Shown here: piece by piece, positions 16,863 through 26,821 of the stretch
Numbering within the stretch: the first letter of the stretch is position 1
How the letters are laid out: each line of letters begins with the position of its first letter
Virus record (IMG/VR): IMGVR_UViG_3300032212_000048
Coordinates: 1 to 41,468 of that record
Length of the DNA: 41,468 nucleotides
Source: a virus
Lineage: Duplodnaviria > Caudoviricetes
Direction: 5' to 3' (one strand)
Notes under the pieces: model-generated
What the model was told of the DNA's origin: nothing
Database searches by the model: none
The model's input: the letters and a program-made list of their open reading frames with translations, nothing else
Position numbers and translations under genes: made by a program

Positions 16863-17280
16863 AGTCAATGAGCCGGTTGAATTGGAAACAAAAGCAGAGG
16901 CGGCACCTCCCAACGAGGACGGTAAAGTTGAGGCGGGTGAAGTCGCTACGGTCGAGCCGACTGAAGAAGCGTCACGAGGCGGTCTTGATCAACCAAACGG
17001 TGATACTGATGCCGCTGATGTGGGAGCCTCTGCGCCGGATCGGGTACGCTATGCAAGCGGGCTTAACGAAGACGGCGTGCGCCGCGTAATCCTTGACGTG
17101 GACTACATGAATCGCGGGCGGCCTGGATATGGTTTGGCTGAGGAAAGAGATAGGTTAAATCGGCTTTTAGCTCACCCCAGCGTTGCCGCAGCAAAAGACC
17201 GTAAAGAGCTGCGAACCGTAAGCCTGCGGCTGATTTTGCAAGAGCTAGGCGAGAAAAGCGGCCATCCACGGGGGCGATAA
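16852..17280 (+). CDS. Hypothetical protein
   Basis: Overlapping tiling in the head operon. Confidence 0.7.
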   Translation: MSDKVNEPVELETKAEAAPPNEDGKVEAGEVATVEPTEEASRGGLDQPNGDTDAADVGASAPDRVRYASGLNEDGVRRVILDVDYMNRGRPGYGLAEERDRLNRLLAHPSVAAAKDRKELRTVSLRLILQELGEKSGHPRGR

Positions 17281-17681
17281 TGACCCGCAAGACCTATAAG
17301 CAGTGCAAGTTCTGCGGCGATTTCCATGATGTCGATAACTGGCCGGACAATCACCGCGAGTGGGTGCCGGATAACAGGGCTGACCTCGCCGCGCCGTCTG
17401 TGATCAATGGCAGCGTGGATTACCTGCAAAGTCAGGCTGACGGCAAAATCTACACCTGCAAACGCACCATGCGCCGTGAACAGCAAGCGCGCGGTTATGT
17501 CGAGGTAGGCAACGAGAACCCTGGTGCGCATCGCGCTAAAACGGATAGCAAGTCGCATTTCAAAGAGGTAAAGACGACTTTGCAGCGGGCCGCATCGCAG
17601 CACAATCTGCGTAAACCAACACTGACCAAAAAGCAGGCCCGCAAGGTTAGACGCAAAGAAAGGGCTTCTGCTAATGGCTGA
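17280..17681 (+). CDS. Hypothetical protein (CxxC, basic C-terminus)
   Basis: TAATG overlap; QSQADGKIYT.KR..R...GYVEVGNE. Confidence 0.75.
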   Translation: MTRKTYKQCKFCGDFHDVDNWPDNHREWVPDNRADLAAPSVINGSVDYLQSQADGKIYTCKRTMRREQQARGYVEVGNENPGAHRAKTDSKSHFKEVKTTLQRAASQHNLRKPTLTKKQARKVRRKERASANG

Positions 17682-18900
17682 TGATGTAACCGTAACGATT
17701 GAACCGGGCACTGTCTCGGATGGTGGCGCAACAGAAGGCACGCCAAGCGCGACTGACGCTGTTGCTAAGGCAATGGAGCGCGTCAAGACGAAGACAGAGC
17801 AAGCGGCTGACAAGCTTGCGGGCGAGGAAACTGACGCGCCTAACACATCCAAAGGACCACAATCTGAGGGGGAGCCTGCCGATGATGCAGCCGCAAAGCG
17901 TTCTGAAGCTGCAAAGAAAGGCGCTGAGACACGCCGCAAGAATGCTGAAGCGGCAAAAGAGGCCGAAGCCGCTGAGAGTGCCAAGGCATCTGAGGACAGA
18001 GTAAAAGAGGCTGAAAAGCGCGCTGAGAAGGCAGAAAAGGCCGCTGAGAAAGCCGCGAAGGCGTCAGAGGCAGAAAGCCAGCCTGCAGAAAAATCGGCCG
18101 CAGAGAGTGAGACGACAAGCCAGGCGCCGCGCGAGTGGAGCAAAGAAGCTAAGGCCGATTGGGAAACCACGCCGCAGAGTGTTCGCGACCAGGTCGAGCG
18201 GATGCAAGGCGAGTTCGAACAGGGTTACGCCAAGCACAAAGAGGGCGCTGAGAAGTGGTCGAGCGTAGAGCGCTTTGAGCCATTGGCGCAGCGTTTCAAC
18301 ACGACGCTAGACAAGGTGCTGGAGGACTATGCGCAGCTTGATCAGGTCATGCGGACAAATCCAATGCAGGCGATTGCGACGATTGCGCAGCGCCACAATG
18401 TCAGCCTCACCGAAATGGCAGAAAAGGTCTTAGGGCAGCAAACGTCTGAGACTTACAAGACTATGGAAACCAACCTGAACAAGGCGGTGAACCATATTAA
18501 GCAGCTAGAAAACATGCTGCAGGGCTTCCAGCAAAAAGAGATTGCGGCCAATCAATCGTATATTGATAAGCTGCGATTGGAGAATGATGATTTTGACGAG
18601 CTTGAATCAGACATAATGTTCATGCTACAGAATCATAAGGGGTTAGGTAACTCACCTAACGAGCGGCTGGACAACGCATTGAAACGCGCCCGCCGTCTCG
18701 CTGGCAAGGATGAACCACCCCGTAAAGAATCTACGGCAAGCGCTGAAACCGAAGCCGAAGAGAAAGCTAAGAGCGCTGAAACCGCCGAGGCTACACTTAG
18801 CGCAGGTTCGCAGTCTGGCAGCATTGCCAAGACGGAAAAGCCTGCAGAGTCGGCTGAAGAGGCAGTAAAACGCGCTATGCGCAAGCGTCGAGGCCGGTAA
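17674..18900 (+). CDS. Capsid scaffolding protein
   Basis: Immediately upstream of the major capsid gene; A/E/K-rich and helical; APREWSKEAKADW. Confidence 0.78.
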   Translation: MADDVTVTIEPGTVSDGGATEGTPSATDAVAKAMERVKTKTEQAADKLAGEETDAPNTSKGPQSEGEPADDAAAKRSEAAKKGAETRRKNAEAAKEAEAAESAKASEDRVKEAEKRAEKAEKAAEKAAKASEAESQPAEKSAAESETTSQAPREWSKEAKADWETTPQSVRDQVERMQGEFEQGYAKHKEGAEKWSSVERFEPLAQRFNTTLDKVLEDYAQLDQVMRTNPMQAIATIAQRHNVSLTEMAEKVLGQQTSETYKTMETNLNKAVNHIKQLENMLQGFQQKEIAANQSYIDKLRLENDDFDELESDIMFMLQNHKGLGNSPNERLDNALKRARRLAGKDEPPRKESTASAETEAEEKAKSAETAEATLSAGSQSGSIAKTEKPAESAEEAVKRAMRKRRGR

Positions 18901-18919
18901 CCTAACCGGAGCGATCTAA

Positions 18920-19930
18920 ATGACACAGATTGTAAGCCGCACAGATTTGCAAGAGACGCTTTCTCTTGCACTTGCGGAGCGCTCGCCAGGCTATGTAGAC
19001 TTGGTGAGCAATTCCAACGCCATCCTTTATATGCTGAAGGAAAAAGGCGGGTGGAAAGAATATAGCGGGCCTGAAATCCGTGAGCGTTTGTTGTGGGCCG
19101 AAAGCGGCACATTCACGCGCTATAGCGGGCTGCAGTACCTGAACCCAAAACGCAAAGAGATGTTTTCTGACGCGGTGTTTGATCCGAAGCAATCAGCGGT
19201 TTCCGTTGTGCTTGCGGGGAATGACCTGTTGGACAATTCCGGCGATGCTCAAATTCTCGACATTATGGCGCAGAAAATTACTGCGGCTGAGAATGAGATC
19301 CAGGACCGGATTGTTGAAGACATTCACTCAGACGGCACCGAAACAAACCAAATCGGCGGTTTGCAAGCGGCACTGCCTACGGTTGCGAATACCGGGACTT
19401 ATGGCGGTATCGACCGCTCTGCAAACGCCATTTGGCGAACGTCAGAGTTCGACATTGATGCCGACTTCACCGGCATTACGCAGTTCACGTCTACGACGGC
19501 GCAGGAAATCTACCGCACGGTTGTTATCCAGCGTTCTCGCAACAAGCGTGGGCCTAACTGTATCGCGGCGGCTGAGGAGCATTTCAGCGCCTATTCTTCG
19601 GCGCTTGAAGCAATTCAGCGTATCCAGAACGAGAACAGCCTTGGTAAGCTGGGCTTTGCGAATCTGGAGTTCCACGGCGCAGGCAAGTCTATCCCTGTCA
19701 TGCTTGAGGGCGGAATTGGTACGGCTATGCCGTCTGATGTCTCCTACATGCTCGACATGGAAGGCATCCGCATGCGTTATCACCCAAGCCGAAACTTCAC
19801 CGAGTTTGGTGGGATGCAGACGCCAGTTAACCAGGACGCCGTTGTTCAACACATCGGTTTCTATGGCAACCTGACGCTGTTTAACCCGCTTCACCAGGCG
19901 AAGATTCACGACAGCGACACCGCGTCCTAA
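18920..19930 (+). CDS. Major capsid protein
   Basis: 336 aa after the scaffold; GTYGGIDRS...WR and PVNQDAVV motifs; GGAG RBS. Confidence 0.88.
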   Translation: MTQIVSRTDLQETLSLALAERSPGYVDLVSNSNAILYMLKEKGGWKEYSGPEIRERLLWAESGTFTRYSGLQYLNPKRKEMFSDAVFDPKQSAVSVVLAGNDLLDNSGDAQILDIMAQKITAAENEIQDRIVEDIHSDGTETNQIGGLQAALPTVANTGTYGGIDRSANAIWRTSEFDIDADFTGITQFTSTTAQEIYRTVVIQRSRNKRGPNCIAAAEEHFSAYSSALEAIQRIQNENSLGKLGFANLEFHGAGKSIPVMLEGGIGTAMPSDVSYMLDMEGIRMRYHPSRNFTEFGGMQTPVNQDAVVQHIGFYGNLTLFNPLHQAKIHDSDTAS

Positions 19931-19963
19931 TGGGTGCGGGAAAACTGAGAAAGGATTAAACAA

Positions 19964-20455
19964 ATGGCTTTTGGACCTGCAGAGAACACCCTGTTGGGGC
20001 AAGCAATCGAGGACAATGAAACTGTTCAGCGCCATCGGCTTGGAGAGCGCATGCGCTGCCACGACGATACTTATGGCGTGGGCGAGTTCATTTACTTGAA
20101 AGGCGTTGCGTCAACGGCGGTCGGTTCTTGGGTGACATTCAACCAAGATGACAACACTACAGCGCTTCTTGCCGCGAACGCAATTGGCCCTGTTGCCGTT
20201 GCAATGTCGGCCAGTGTCGCGAGTGAGTACGGCTGGTATCAAATCTACGGCAAAGCGGTTGGCAAGGCTCTTGCGAGCTATGCGGATGATGGCCTTGTTT
20301 ATGCGACCGCTACGGCGGGAAGCATTGACGACGCTGTTGTTGCCGGGGACCGCGTTAAAAACGCAAAAGGCGCGTCTGCGGTTGATACACCATCAACCGG
20401 CCTTGCTGAGTTTGAAATTCAGTATCCGTTTATGGATGATGCAACCGCCGCATAA
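19964..20455 (+). CDS. Capsid decoration / cement protein
   Basis: Follows the major capsid gene; GEFIYLKG...VAVAM...YGWYQIYG. Confidence 0.7.
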   Translation: MAFGPAENTLLGQAIEDNETVQRHRLGERMRCHDDTYGVGEFIYLKGVASTAVGSWVTFNQDDNTTALLAANAIGPVAVAMSASVASEYGWYQIYGKAVGKALASYADDGLVYATATAGSIDDAVVAGDRVKNAKGASAVDTPSTGLAEFEIQYPFMDDATAA

Positions 20456-20467
20456 GGCTAATTGATC

Positions 20468-20492
20468 GGGGCGGGTTTCGGCTCGCCCCTTT
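20468..20492 (+). terminator. Weak intrinsic terminator or stabilising hairpin after the capsid genes
   Basis: GGGGCGGGT-TTCG-GCTCGCCCC followed by TTT. Confidence 0.6.
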
Positions 20493-20521
20493 CCCCAACA
20501 ACTGTCACACAGGAGAACACC

Positions 20522-20842
20522 ATGACAGCCTCATCACTGGAAGTAACCGACCGCGAATCCCAAGCCGTTCAAAAGACGCCCAACCGCGTTTCGCTTGATT
20601 ACATTAAGTCGCGCATCAAGAACGTGGAGTACATCCACCCTGAGAGCTTGCCGACAATGACAATAGCTATTGTTCATTACGAAAATGGTTTTGTGTTTGT
20701 CGGAAAAGCCGCGCCAGCAGACCCCGAAAACTTTAATCCTGACCTTGGCCGGAAGTTCGCATATGAGGACGCTATTCGCGAGGTTTGGCCTGCGGAAGGT
20801 TTCGCGCTGCGGGAGCGCCTGCACAAGAAGGAGATTAGCTAA
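20522..20842 (+). CDS. Phage Gp49/Gp66 family protein
   Basis: RVSLDYIKSRI...ENGF..VG.AA..DPENFNPDLGRKFAYEDAI..VW..EGF.L; AGGAG RBS. Confidence 0.85.
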   Translation: MTASSLEVTDRESQAVQKTPNRVSLDYIKSRIKNVEYIHPESLPTMTIAIVHYENGFVFVGKAAPADPENFNPDLGRKFAYEDAIREVWPAEGFALRERLHKKEIS

Positions 20843-21594
20843 TGTCAGAATCATATGACGAGCTTTACGCCCACTTGGACATCATTTTTTACAACGGCAC
20901 GAAGCTGAACAAGCGGAAGACCGCAGAGGCGCGCAAGGACAACCCGAAGGCCGCAGAAGTCTTTGATGACATTGAAATGGTTGAGATCCGTTTCCCCGGC
21001 ATGAAAGACACGATGCACCAGCGCGCGCACCAGCCGTGCATGCAGGCGCAGCTATCAGACGGCTCGCGCGGCGGGTTTATCACCTACGCCGAAAAGTTTA
21101 ATAAACACTACGATCACTGGAAAGCGAACGGCGGCGGTCAACTTGTGCTTGGCACGAAGATTGAAGAGGCGCCGTTCCTCAGCAAAGGGCAGGTTGAGTC
21201 TTTGAAGGGGCTTAAAATCCTGTCTGTTGAGCAATTGGCGACCGCGAGCGAAAGCGCTCGCAAGGCGATTGGGCCGCACGCTTCGGATTGGATCGAGCGC
21301 GCACAAGAGATGGTTGCGAGCAAGACCGACGCAAAAGAGCTGCTTAGCGAGGTTGAACAGCTCAAACGCGAGTTGGAAGCCCTCAAGGGCAATACCGCGC
21401 CCGCACCTGCCCCAGCGCCGGAAACGGCGTCAGAACCGGAAACCGTCACCTCTGACGATGACTTTGCCGGGATGGACAAGACAGAGCTACGCGCCTGGAT
21501 CAAGGCGAAGTCCGGTCACGCCGTCAAAGGTCAGCCGTCCCTTGAGACACTGCTTGCGACAGCACGCGAACTGAATAGTGAGGTTGCTGCCTGA
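20842..21594 (+). CDS. Phage hypothetical protein (head-completion region)
   Basis: AAGGAG RBS; TAATG and TGATG overlaps. Confidence 0.75.
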   Translation: MSESYDELYAHLDIIFYNGTKLNKRKTAEARKDNPKAAEVFDDIEMVEIRFPGMKDTMHQRAHQPCMQAQLSDGSRGGFITYAEKFNKHYDHWKANGGGQLVLGTKIEEAPFLSKGQVESLKGLKILSVEQLATASESARKAIGPHASDWIERAQEMVASKTDAKELLSEVEQLKRELEALKGNTAPAPAPAPETASEPETVTSDDDFAGMDKTELRAWIKAKSGHAVKGQPSLETLLATARELNSEVAA

Positions 21595-22295
21595 TGGCCC
21601 TAACCGTCCTTGAGATTGGCAAAGAGGTTGCTCTTAAGATTGGTATTAGCCAGCCGACTGCGGTTTTTGGCTCTACCAATCGCGAAGACGTTGAGCTTCT
21701 GCGCGCAATCAAGGACGCGGCTTTAGATCTTGCGCAGATCCATGAGTGGCAATTGCTACGCAAGATCGCCACGATTACCGGGGATGGCTCGACGCTTACG
21801 CACAGCCTCCCGAGCGACTTCCTGCACGTTATGGCTGATGTGCAGATGTATACAAGCGAATTTCAGACGGCGCTAACCTTTGTTGAAAACCCTGATGACT
21901 GGCTGCGCTATGACGTGCAGTCTTATGACTTTGTGGTGAATGTCTGGACGATCTATCAGGATCTTATTCACACCAAGCCCGCTCTGGGCAGCGCGATCAC
22001 GGGCAAATACTGGTATATGAGCGACTTGTTATGGCTCGATACGGACGCCACGACGACAAAGAACGCGATCGCTGCGGATGATGACACGTTCCGGCTTGAT
22101 GATGACGCCCTGATTCTGGGCGCAGCTTACAAGTATCGCCAGAACAAAGGCCAGCCATACGCCGAAGAGATGGCCGACTATGAGAAGCGCAAAGCTGTAT
22201 TGATCGGAAAGGAGCCTAAAAAGGTGTATCGCTCTAAGCCGCGTATTGGTCGCGGTGTGAAGCTTTCCTACCCGGAAGCCGTAAGCGATGCGTAG
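21594..22295 (+). CDS. Head-tail adaptor (tail tubular A / P22 gp4-like)
   Basis: Position and size; HEWQLLRK...LPSDF...KGQPYAEE. Confidence 0.72.
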   Translation: MALTVLEIGKEVALKIGISQPTAVFGSTNREDVELLRAIKDAALDLAQIHEWQLLRKIATITGDGSTLTHSLPSDFLHVMADVQMYTSEFQTALTFVENPDDWLRYDVQSYDFVVNVWTIYQDLIHTKPALGSAITGKYWYMSDLLWLDTDATTTKNAIAADDDTFRLDDDALILGAAYKYRQNKGQPYAEEMADYEKRKAVLIGKEPKKVYRSKPRIGRGVKLSYPEAVSDA

Positions 22296-23886
22296 GGCTC
22301 TATCCCAGACAATGGGCCGGCGCCCTGCAAGCGGTGGCTCTACACAGTCTCGCACATGGGCAAATGAGGTCATGGCACCTAGTGCTGGCCTGATCACCAA
22401 TATGAACCTTGCTGACATTGGGCGCATGATGCCTAATTCAGCGAGCAAGCTGGAAAACTACCTCCCGACACGCCAAGGCGCCAAGGTGCGCGGCGGCAAT
22501 GCCAAATACGCGCAAGTGGGGGCAACATGCAAAGCCATGTTCACCTATCAAAGCGGCGCATCTGAAAAGCTGTTTGCGGCGCAGGATAACGGCATTTACG
22601 ACATTACAACGGTTGCAGACCCGGACGTTACGCCAACGGCTGCGGTTGGATCTCTCACAAGCGGTTACTGGTCATTCGTCCAGGTTGAGACGTCGGGCGG
22701 CGATTTCCTTGTCGGGGTCAATGGCGCTGACACGCCGCAAGAGTTTGACGGGTCAAGCTGGAGCAACAGCTCGATTAGCGGCTCTGGCCTGACAACGTCT
22801 AACCTGTCGCATGTCTGGTCATATAAAGGCCGTCTCTTTTTCGTTGAAGCCGACACCATGAAAGCATGGTATCTGGGCGTGGGCCTGAAGTCTGGCACGG
22901 TGACGAGCCTAAGCCTTGCGGGCATCTTCCAGAAGGGCGGCTCCTTGTTCATGGGCGGCACCTGGTCGCTTGATGCTGGCGACGGTGTTGACGACAAGTG
23001 TGTGTTTATATCCAGCCTTGGCGAGGTGGCGATTTACGAAGGCACAGACCCAGCTTCTGACTGGTCGCTTGTTGGGCGCTACGAGATTGCGCCGCCTCTG
23101 GGTAAGAATGCATGGATGAAGGCGGGCGGCGACTTTGTTGTTGCAACAGAGGACGGCTTTGTCCCGATTAGCCAAGCGATTAGCAAAGACCGCGCCGCGC
23201 TGAAGCTGGTATCAGTGAGCGATCGGATTGAGCCGACATGGCTAGACGAGGTAGAAGAACGCGCAGGCACGCCATGGGATGTGGTGCGCTGGGACCGCAA
23301 GAACCTTGCTTACATTTGCACGCCGTCTCCCGGTGCATCTAGTGAAGACAAGGGGCTTGTGGTCCACCAGCTCACGGGCGCATGGTCAACGGTGACAATG
23401 GACATGCACTGCGGCACGGTCCTTAATGGGCAGATGTATTGGGGCGACGGCGACGGCAACATTTACCAGGCCGAAAATGGCGGCTCTGACAATGGCTCAA
23501 ACTACACTTGCGATTATGTCGGGCCGTTTGTGAACCCTACGGGCGACACGGCTACCAACACGGCGCAATGGATGCGGGCAACCTTCCGTGCATCGAATAA
23601 CTTTATTCCTAAAGTCCTGGTTGAGACGGATTACCTGATCGACACGGCAGCGGCGCCGGATAGTCCGGCTAACGTCAATACGGACGTTTGGGATAGCGGG
23701 CTGTGGGATACGGCGACATGGGACGGGGAGGGTGCTGCGAGCGTTCGGATCAAGTGGCGCGGGGTCACAGGTGAGGGTGATACGTTAGCGCCTCGCATTT
23801 TGATGACGTTTGGTGTAACATTCCCGCCAGACGCAGAGATTGTGAAGTCTCAGCTAAGGGGTTATCGCGGGGCTGATGTGATATGA
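22288..23886 (+). CDS. Tail nozzle / hub protein (P22 gp10-like, beta-propeller)
   Basis: 532-aa beta-rich protein after the adaptor; YKGRLFFVE...WYL, GEVAIYEGTDP. Confidence 0.78.
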   Translation: MRRALSQTMGRRPASGGSTQSRTWANEVMAPSAGLITNMNLADIGRMMPNSASKLENYLPTRQGAKVRGGNAKYAQVGATCKAMFTYQSGASEKLFAAQDNGIYDITTVADPDVTPTAAVGSLTSGYWSFVQVETSGGDFLVGVNGADTPQEFDGSSWSNSSISGSGLTTSNLSHVWSYKGRLFFVEADTMKAWYLGVGLKSGTVTSLSLAGIFQKGGSLFMGGTWSLDAGDGVDDKCVFISSLGEVAIYEGTDPASDWSLVGRYEIAPPLGKNAWMKAGGDFVVATEDGFVPISQAISKDRAALKLVSVSDRIEPTWLDEVEERAGTPWDVVRWDRKNLAYICTPSPGASSEDKGLVVHQLTGAWSTVTMDMHCGTVLNGQMYWGDGDGNIYQAENGGSDNGSNYTCDYVGPFVNPTGDTATNTAQWMRATFRASNNFIPKVLVETDYLIDTAAAPDSPANVNTDVWDSGLWDTATWDGEGAASVRIKWRGVTGEGDTLAPRILMTFGVTFPPDAEIVKSQLRGYRGADVI

Positions 23887-24344
23887 AGCTACTTTACGGG
23901 CACGAGCAGGCGGTTTGCGACTTCGTTAACGCACGCATTGACGAGGATTTCACGCCTGCTTCTACCGCTGCGATTGGCGTTATCAACAATGAGGGTAATT
24001 TGGTCGCTGGCTGGATCTGGCACAATTACAACCCTGAGTGCGGGACGCTGGAATTTAGCGGCGCATCGATCTCCAAGCGCTGGATGACACGTCGCCTGTT
24101 GCAGGAACTATTCGCATACGCCTTTGCAAATGTGCAAATGGTGGTAACAAGAAACGCGGCGGACAATGTTACGCTGCATCGCCAGTTAGCCGCTTTCGGG
24201 TTTCAGCGGTTTGACATTCCACGGCTCTTAGGTCGTGACTCTGACGGTGTGGTGTGGACGCTGACAGACGACGACTGGAAAGACAGCCGTTTCTACTTAG
24301 GGGCCAATAATGGGCAAGAAATCCGATCCTCCCGCGCCGCCTGA
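23883..24344 (+). CDS. GNAT-fold (acetyltransferase-like) protein in the tail module
   Basis: AIGV...LVAG..WHNY...WMTR..L...F.YAF...GF; usual position between nozzle and ejection proteins. Confidence 0.72.
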   Translation: MKLLYGHEQAVCDFVNARIDEDFTPASTAAIGVINNEGNLVAGWIWHNYNPECGTLEFSGASISKRWMTRRLLQELFAYAFANVQMVVTRNAADNVTLHRQLAAFGFQRFDIPRLLGRDSDGVVWTLTDDDWKDSRFYLGANNGQEIRSSRAA

Positions 24345-25482
24345 TCCGCAGGACACCGCCGCAGCGCAGACGGGGCAAAACGTAAGCACGTCTATCGCTA
24401 ACACGATGATGGGGCAGGTTAACCAGGTTGGGCCTGACGGCTCGCTGACCTATGACCAGACAGATTCTTTCCAGTGGCGCGACCCTAATAGCGGGCAGAC
24501 CTACACAATTCCGCGCTTTACGGCGACAACGACGCTTAGCGAAGAAGCGCAGCAACTGCGCGACCTCGACAATCAGTCAAACATTGCGCTCGGGCAGCTT
24601 GGCCTGAACGCAGCAAACCGGGCTGACGAATGGCTTGGCGACGATTTTAGCCTTGACGGCATTACGCCACGGGCAGACCGAACGGGCATGGGGCCAGTAG
24701 AGTACGGAGCGGGACCGGATGCACCGGGCCTCGCTCTGGACTCGCGGGGATTGCCTAACATTGCGACGGGCTACGAAAACGACTTTTCAGGCAAGCAGCA
24801 AGAATATGAAGACATGCTGTTTGGTCGCCTGGATGAGCAGCGCGGCAAGGACATGGAAGCGCTACGCTCACAGCTTCGCAATCAGGGCATTGTTGAAGGC
24901 TCGGAGATGTATAGCCGCGCAATGGAAGACTTTGACCGCTCTGTAGACGATCGGCGCTTGGCGGCTATGGGTGCGGGACTAGACTTTACTGAGCGTATGA
25001 CCGGCATGTCTCGCGATGAGGCGGCGTTTGGTAATCAGGCAGAGTCTTTGCTGTTTGGCATGGGCTCTGACCAGCTTGCCTATAACAATAACATTGCACA
25101 GCAAGGCTTTGGCAATGAGATGGCCGTAGCTGACCGGGCTGACCGCAACGCTAACGCCAACTTCAACGAATCGCGTATTCTGGCAGATGATCAGGACCGC
25201 GCCCGCGCCAGTGAGCTGGACGAGCAAGCTTGGTTGCGGTCGAGGCCGATTAACGAGATTGCGGCGCTTATGTCGGGAAGTCAGGTGCAGACACCTAATT
25301 TCGCGATGGCGCAGCCTTATGCGATGCCAACGACAGACATAGCGGGCATCACGCAGCAGGGTTACAATAACCAAATGGGCGCATGGAACGCGCAAAACCA
25401 ACAGAACCAGGCCATGATGGGCGGACTGTTTGGATTGGGCGGTGCGGCGCTTGGCTCGCCTTGGCTGTTTGGTGGGGGCTGA
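24310..25482 (+). CDS. Internal virion / DNA ejection protein
   Basis: MGKKSDPPAPPDP..TAAAQT, NQVGPDGSLTY, Gly-rich hydrophobic C-terminus. Confidence 0.75.
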   Translation: MGKKSDPPAPPDPQDTAAAQTGQNVSTSIANTMMGQVNQVGPDGSLTYDQTDSFQWRDPNSGQTYTIPRFTATTTLSEEAQQLRDLDNQSNIALGQLGLNAANRADEWLGDDFSLDGITPRADRTGMGPVEYGAGPDAPGLALDSRGLPNIATGYENDFSGKQQEYEDMLFGRLDEQRGKDMEALRSQLRNQGIVEGSEMYSRAMEDFDRSVDDRRLAAMGAGLDFTERMTGMSRDEAAFGNQAESLLFGMGSDQLAYNNNIAQQGFGNEMAVADRADRNANANFNESRILADDQDRARASELDEQAWLRSRPINEIAALMSGSQVQTPNFAMAQPYAMPTTDIAGITQQGYNNQMGAWNAQNQQNQAMMGGLFGLGGAALGSPWLFGGG

Positions 25483-25483
25483 T

Positions 25484-26821
25484 ATGAATAATCACTCAAT
25501 CCCGGGCGGCGGCTATCAAGGCTACACAGGCTATGAAGACCCGCGCAAAGCAGAGAAAGAGGCTATGGCGGAAGCGATGGGCCTGCCTACGTCTGCGAGC
25601 GCTGGGCCTAATTACGACAAGCTAGACCGGGATTCGGCTTACTATCAGGGCATGCTGCAAACGGGCATGGATTACAGCCCTACCAACTTTACAGGCGGCT
25701 TGGCGCGCTTGGCGAATGCCTTTGTTGGCCGTCAGGGCCTGAACCGTGTTGAGGGCCGCGAAGAAGAGTACGCACAGCAAGAGGCTGCAACGGCGCAGGC
25801 GCAGAAAGACAAGTTTGCAGACATGGCGCGCATGATGGCCGGGCCCGAAGCCACGCCGCAACAAGTCGCTATGGCGCAGATTGATCCGGAAGAGTACCTG
25901 AAAGCGACCATGAAGGCGCAAGCCGACGCGGCGGGGCGTGACCCGTTTGTAGTCAATGACCAGATTGTTGACCGGGACTCGCTGGAAGTGCAGCAAGACC
26001 TGCGCGACCCTGAAGCGCCGCAAGAGCGCTTTGAGCCTGTTGCTGCCCCTGAAGGTATGCCCGGCATGTATGAGCGCTCTACGCTGACAGGCAAGACACG
26101 CCGCGTTGCTACGCCGCCGCGTGCTGGCATCAAGGTCAATGCTGACGGCTCTGTAGAGATTGGCGGACCTGCACAGGCGGCAAGCCTGCTAGACCCGCCG
26201 CAGAGCAAGGGTAAAGACCCGTCACTCGTGTTTGACGCGAACGGCTATGCGCGCGTGTCACCTAATGCACAGCAAAAGGGTCTGAACGCTGCGGCGCTCA
26301 AGTTTAACGATCTGAAGGCGAAAAACGAGTTGGTGTCTGATGACATTAACCGCGCGCTCGACATGTTTACGATTGTGGACGAAGAGACGGGCGAGCGCTC
26401 TGTTGATCCAAACCAAAAATCAGTCGGTGCGTATGCCGCTATGGCGGACATTCCAATCTTTGGCGGCTCGACAGAGGCAGGCTCTATGCAAAGCTTCCTG
26501 TCTACGCTGCAGGCGAATGTAGGCTTTGGCGAGCTGCAGGCGATGCGCGAAGCCTCTCCGACTGGCGGCGCATTGGGTCAGGTTTCAGAGCGTGAAATTG
26601 CATTCTTGCAGGCTTTGCTTGGCGACATTGAACAGAGCCGCAACCCGGAAATCTTGATGTATAACCTGGAGCGGCTAGATACGTTCATGGCAGGGCGTCA
26701 AGAGCGGTTCCAGCAAGCCTTTGAGTCTGACTATCCCACTGCGGGAGAGTATGTGCAGCGCCGCGAGGGCGCTCGCACAGAGGTAGAGGGCTTGGTGGAT
26801 AAGTACACAAGGGGCGACTAA
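25484..26821 (+). CDS. Internal virion / DNA ejection protein
   Basis: Position; GLARLANAFVG; GALGQVSEREI.FLQ. Confidence 0.7.
   Translation: MNNHSIPGGGYQGYTGYEDPRKAEKEAMAEAMGLPTSASAGPNYDKLDRDSAYYQGMLQTGMDYSPTNFTGGLARLANAFVGRQGLNRVEGREEEYAQQEAATAQAQKDKFADMARMMAGPEATPQQVAMAQIDPEEYLKATMKAQADAAGRDPFVVNDQIVDRDSLEVQQDLRDPEAPQERFEPVAAPEGMPGMYERSTLTGKTRRVATPPRAGIKVNADGSVEIGGPAQAASLLDPPQSKGKDPSLVFDANGYARVSPNAQQKGLNAAALKFNDLKAKNELVSDDINRALDMFTIVDEETGERSVDPNQKSVGAYAAMADIPIFGGSTEAGSMQSFLSTLQANVGFGELQAMREASPTGGALGQVSEREIAFLQALLGDIEQSRNPEILMYNLERLDTFMAGRQERFQQAFESDYPTAGEYVQRREGARTEVEGLVDKYTRGD

Noticed and set aside
17172-18170. Long antisense ORFs (also 15405-16289, 19442-20062, 34687-35238 and similar)
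   Set aside because: These are shadow frames opposite well-supported genes, with low-complexity or implausible composition.
23883-24344. GNAT protein as an auxiliary metabolic or resistance gene
   Set aside because: GNAT-fold genes commonly occupy this slot in podovirus tail modules, so it is not unusual.
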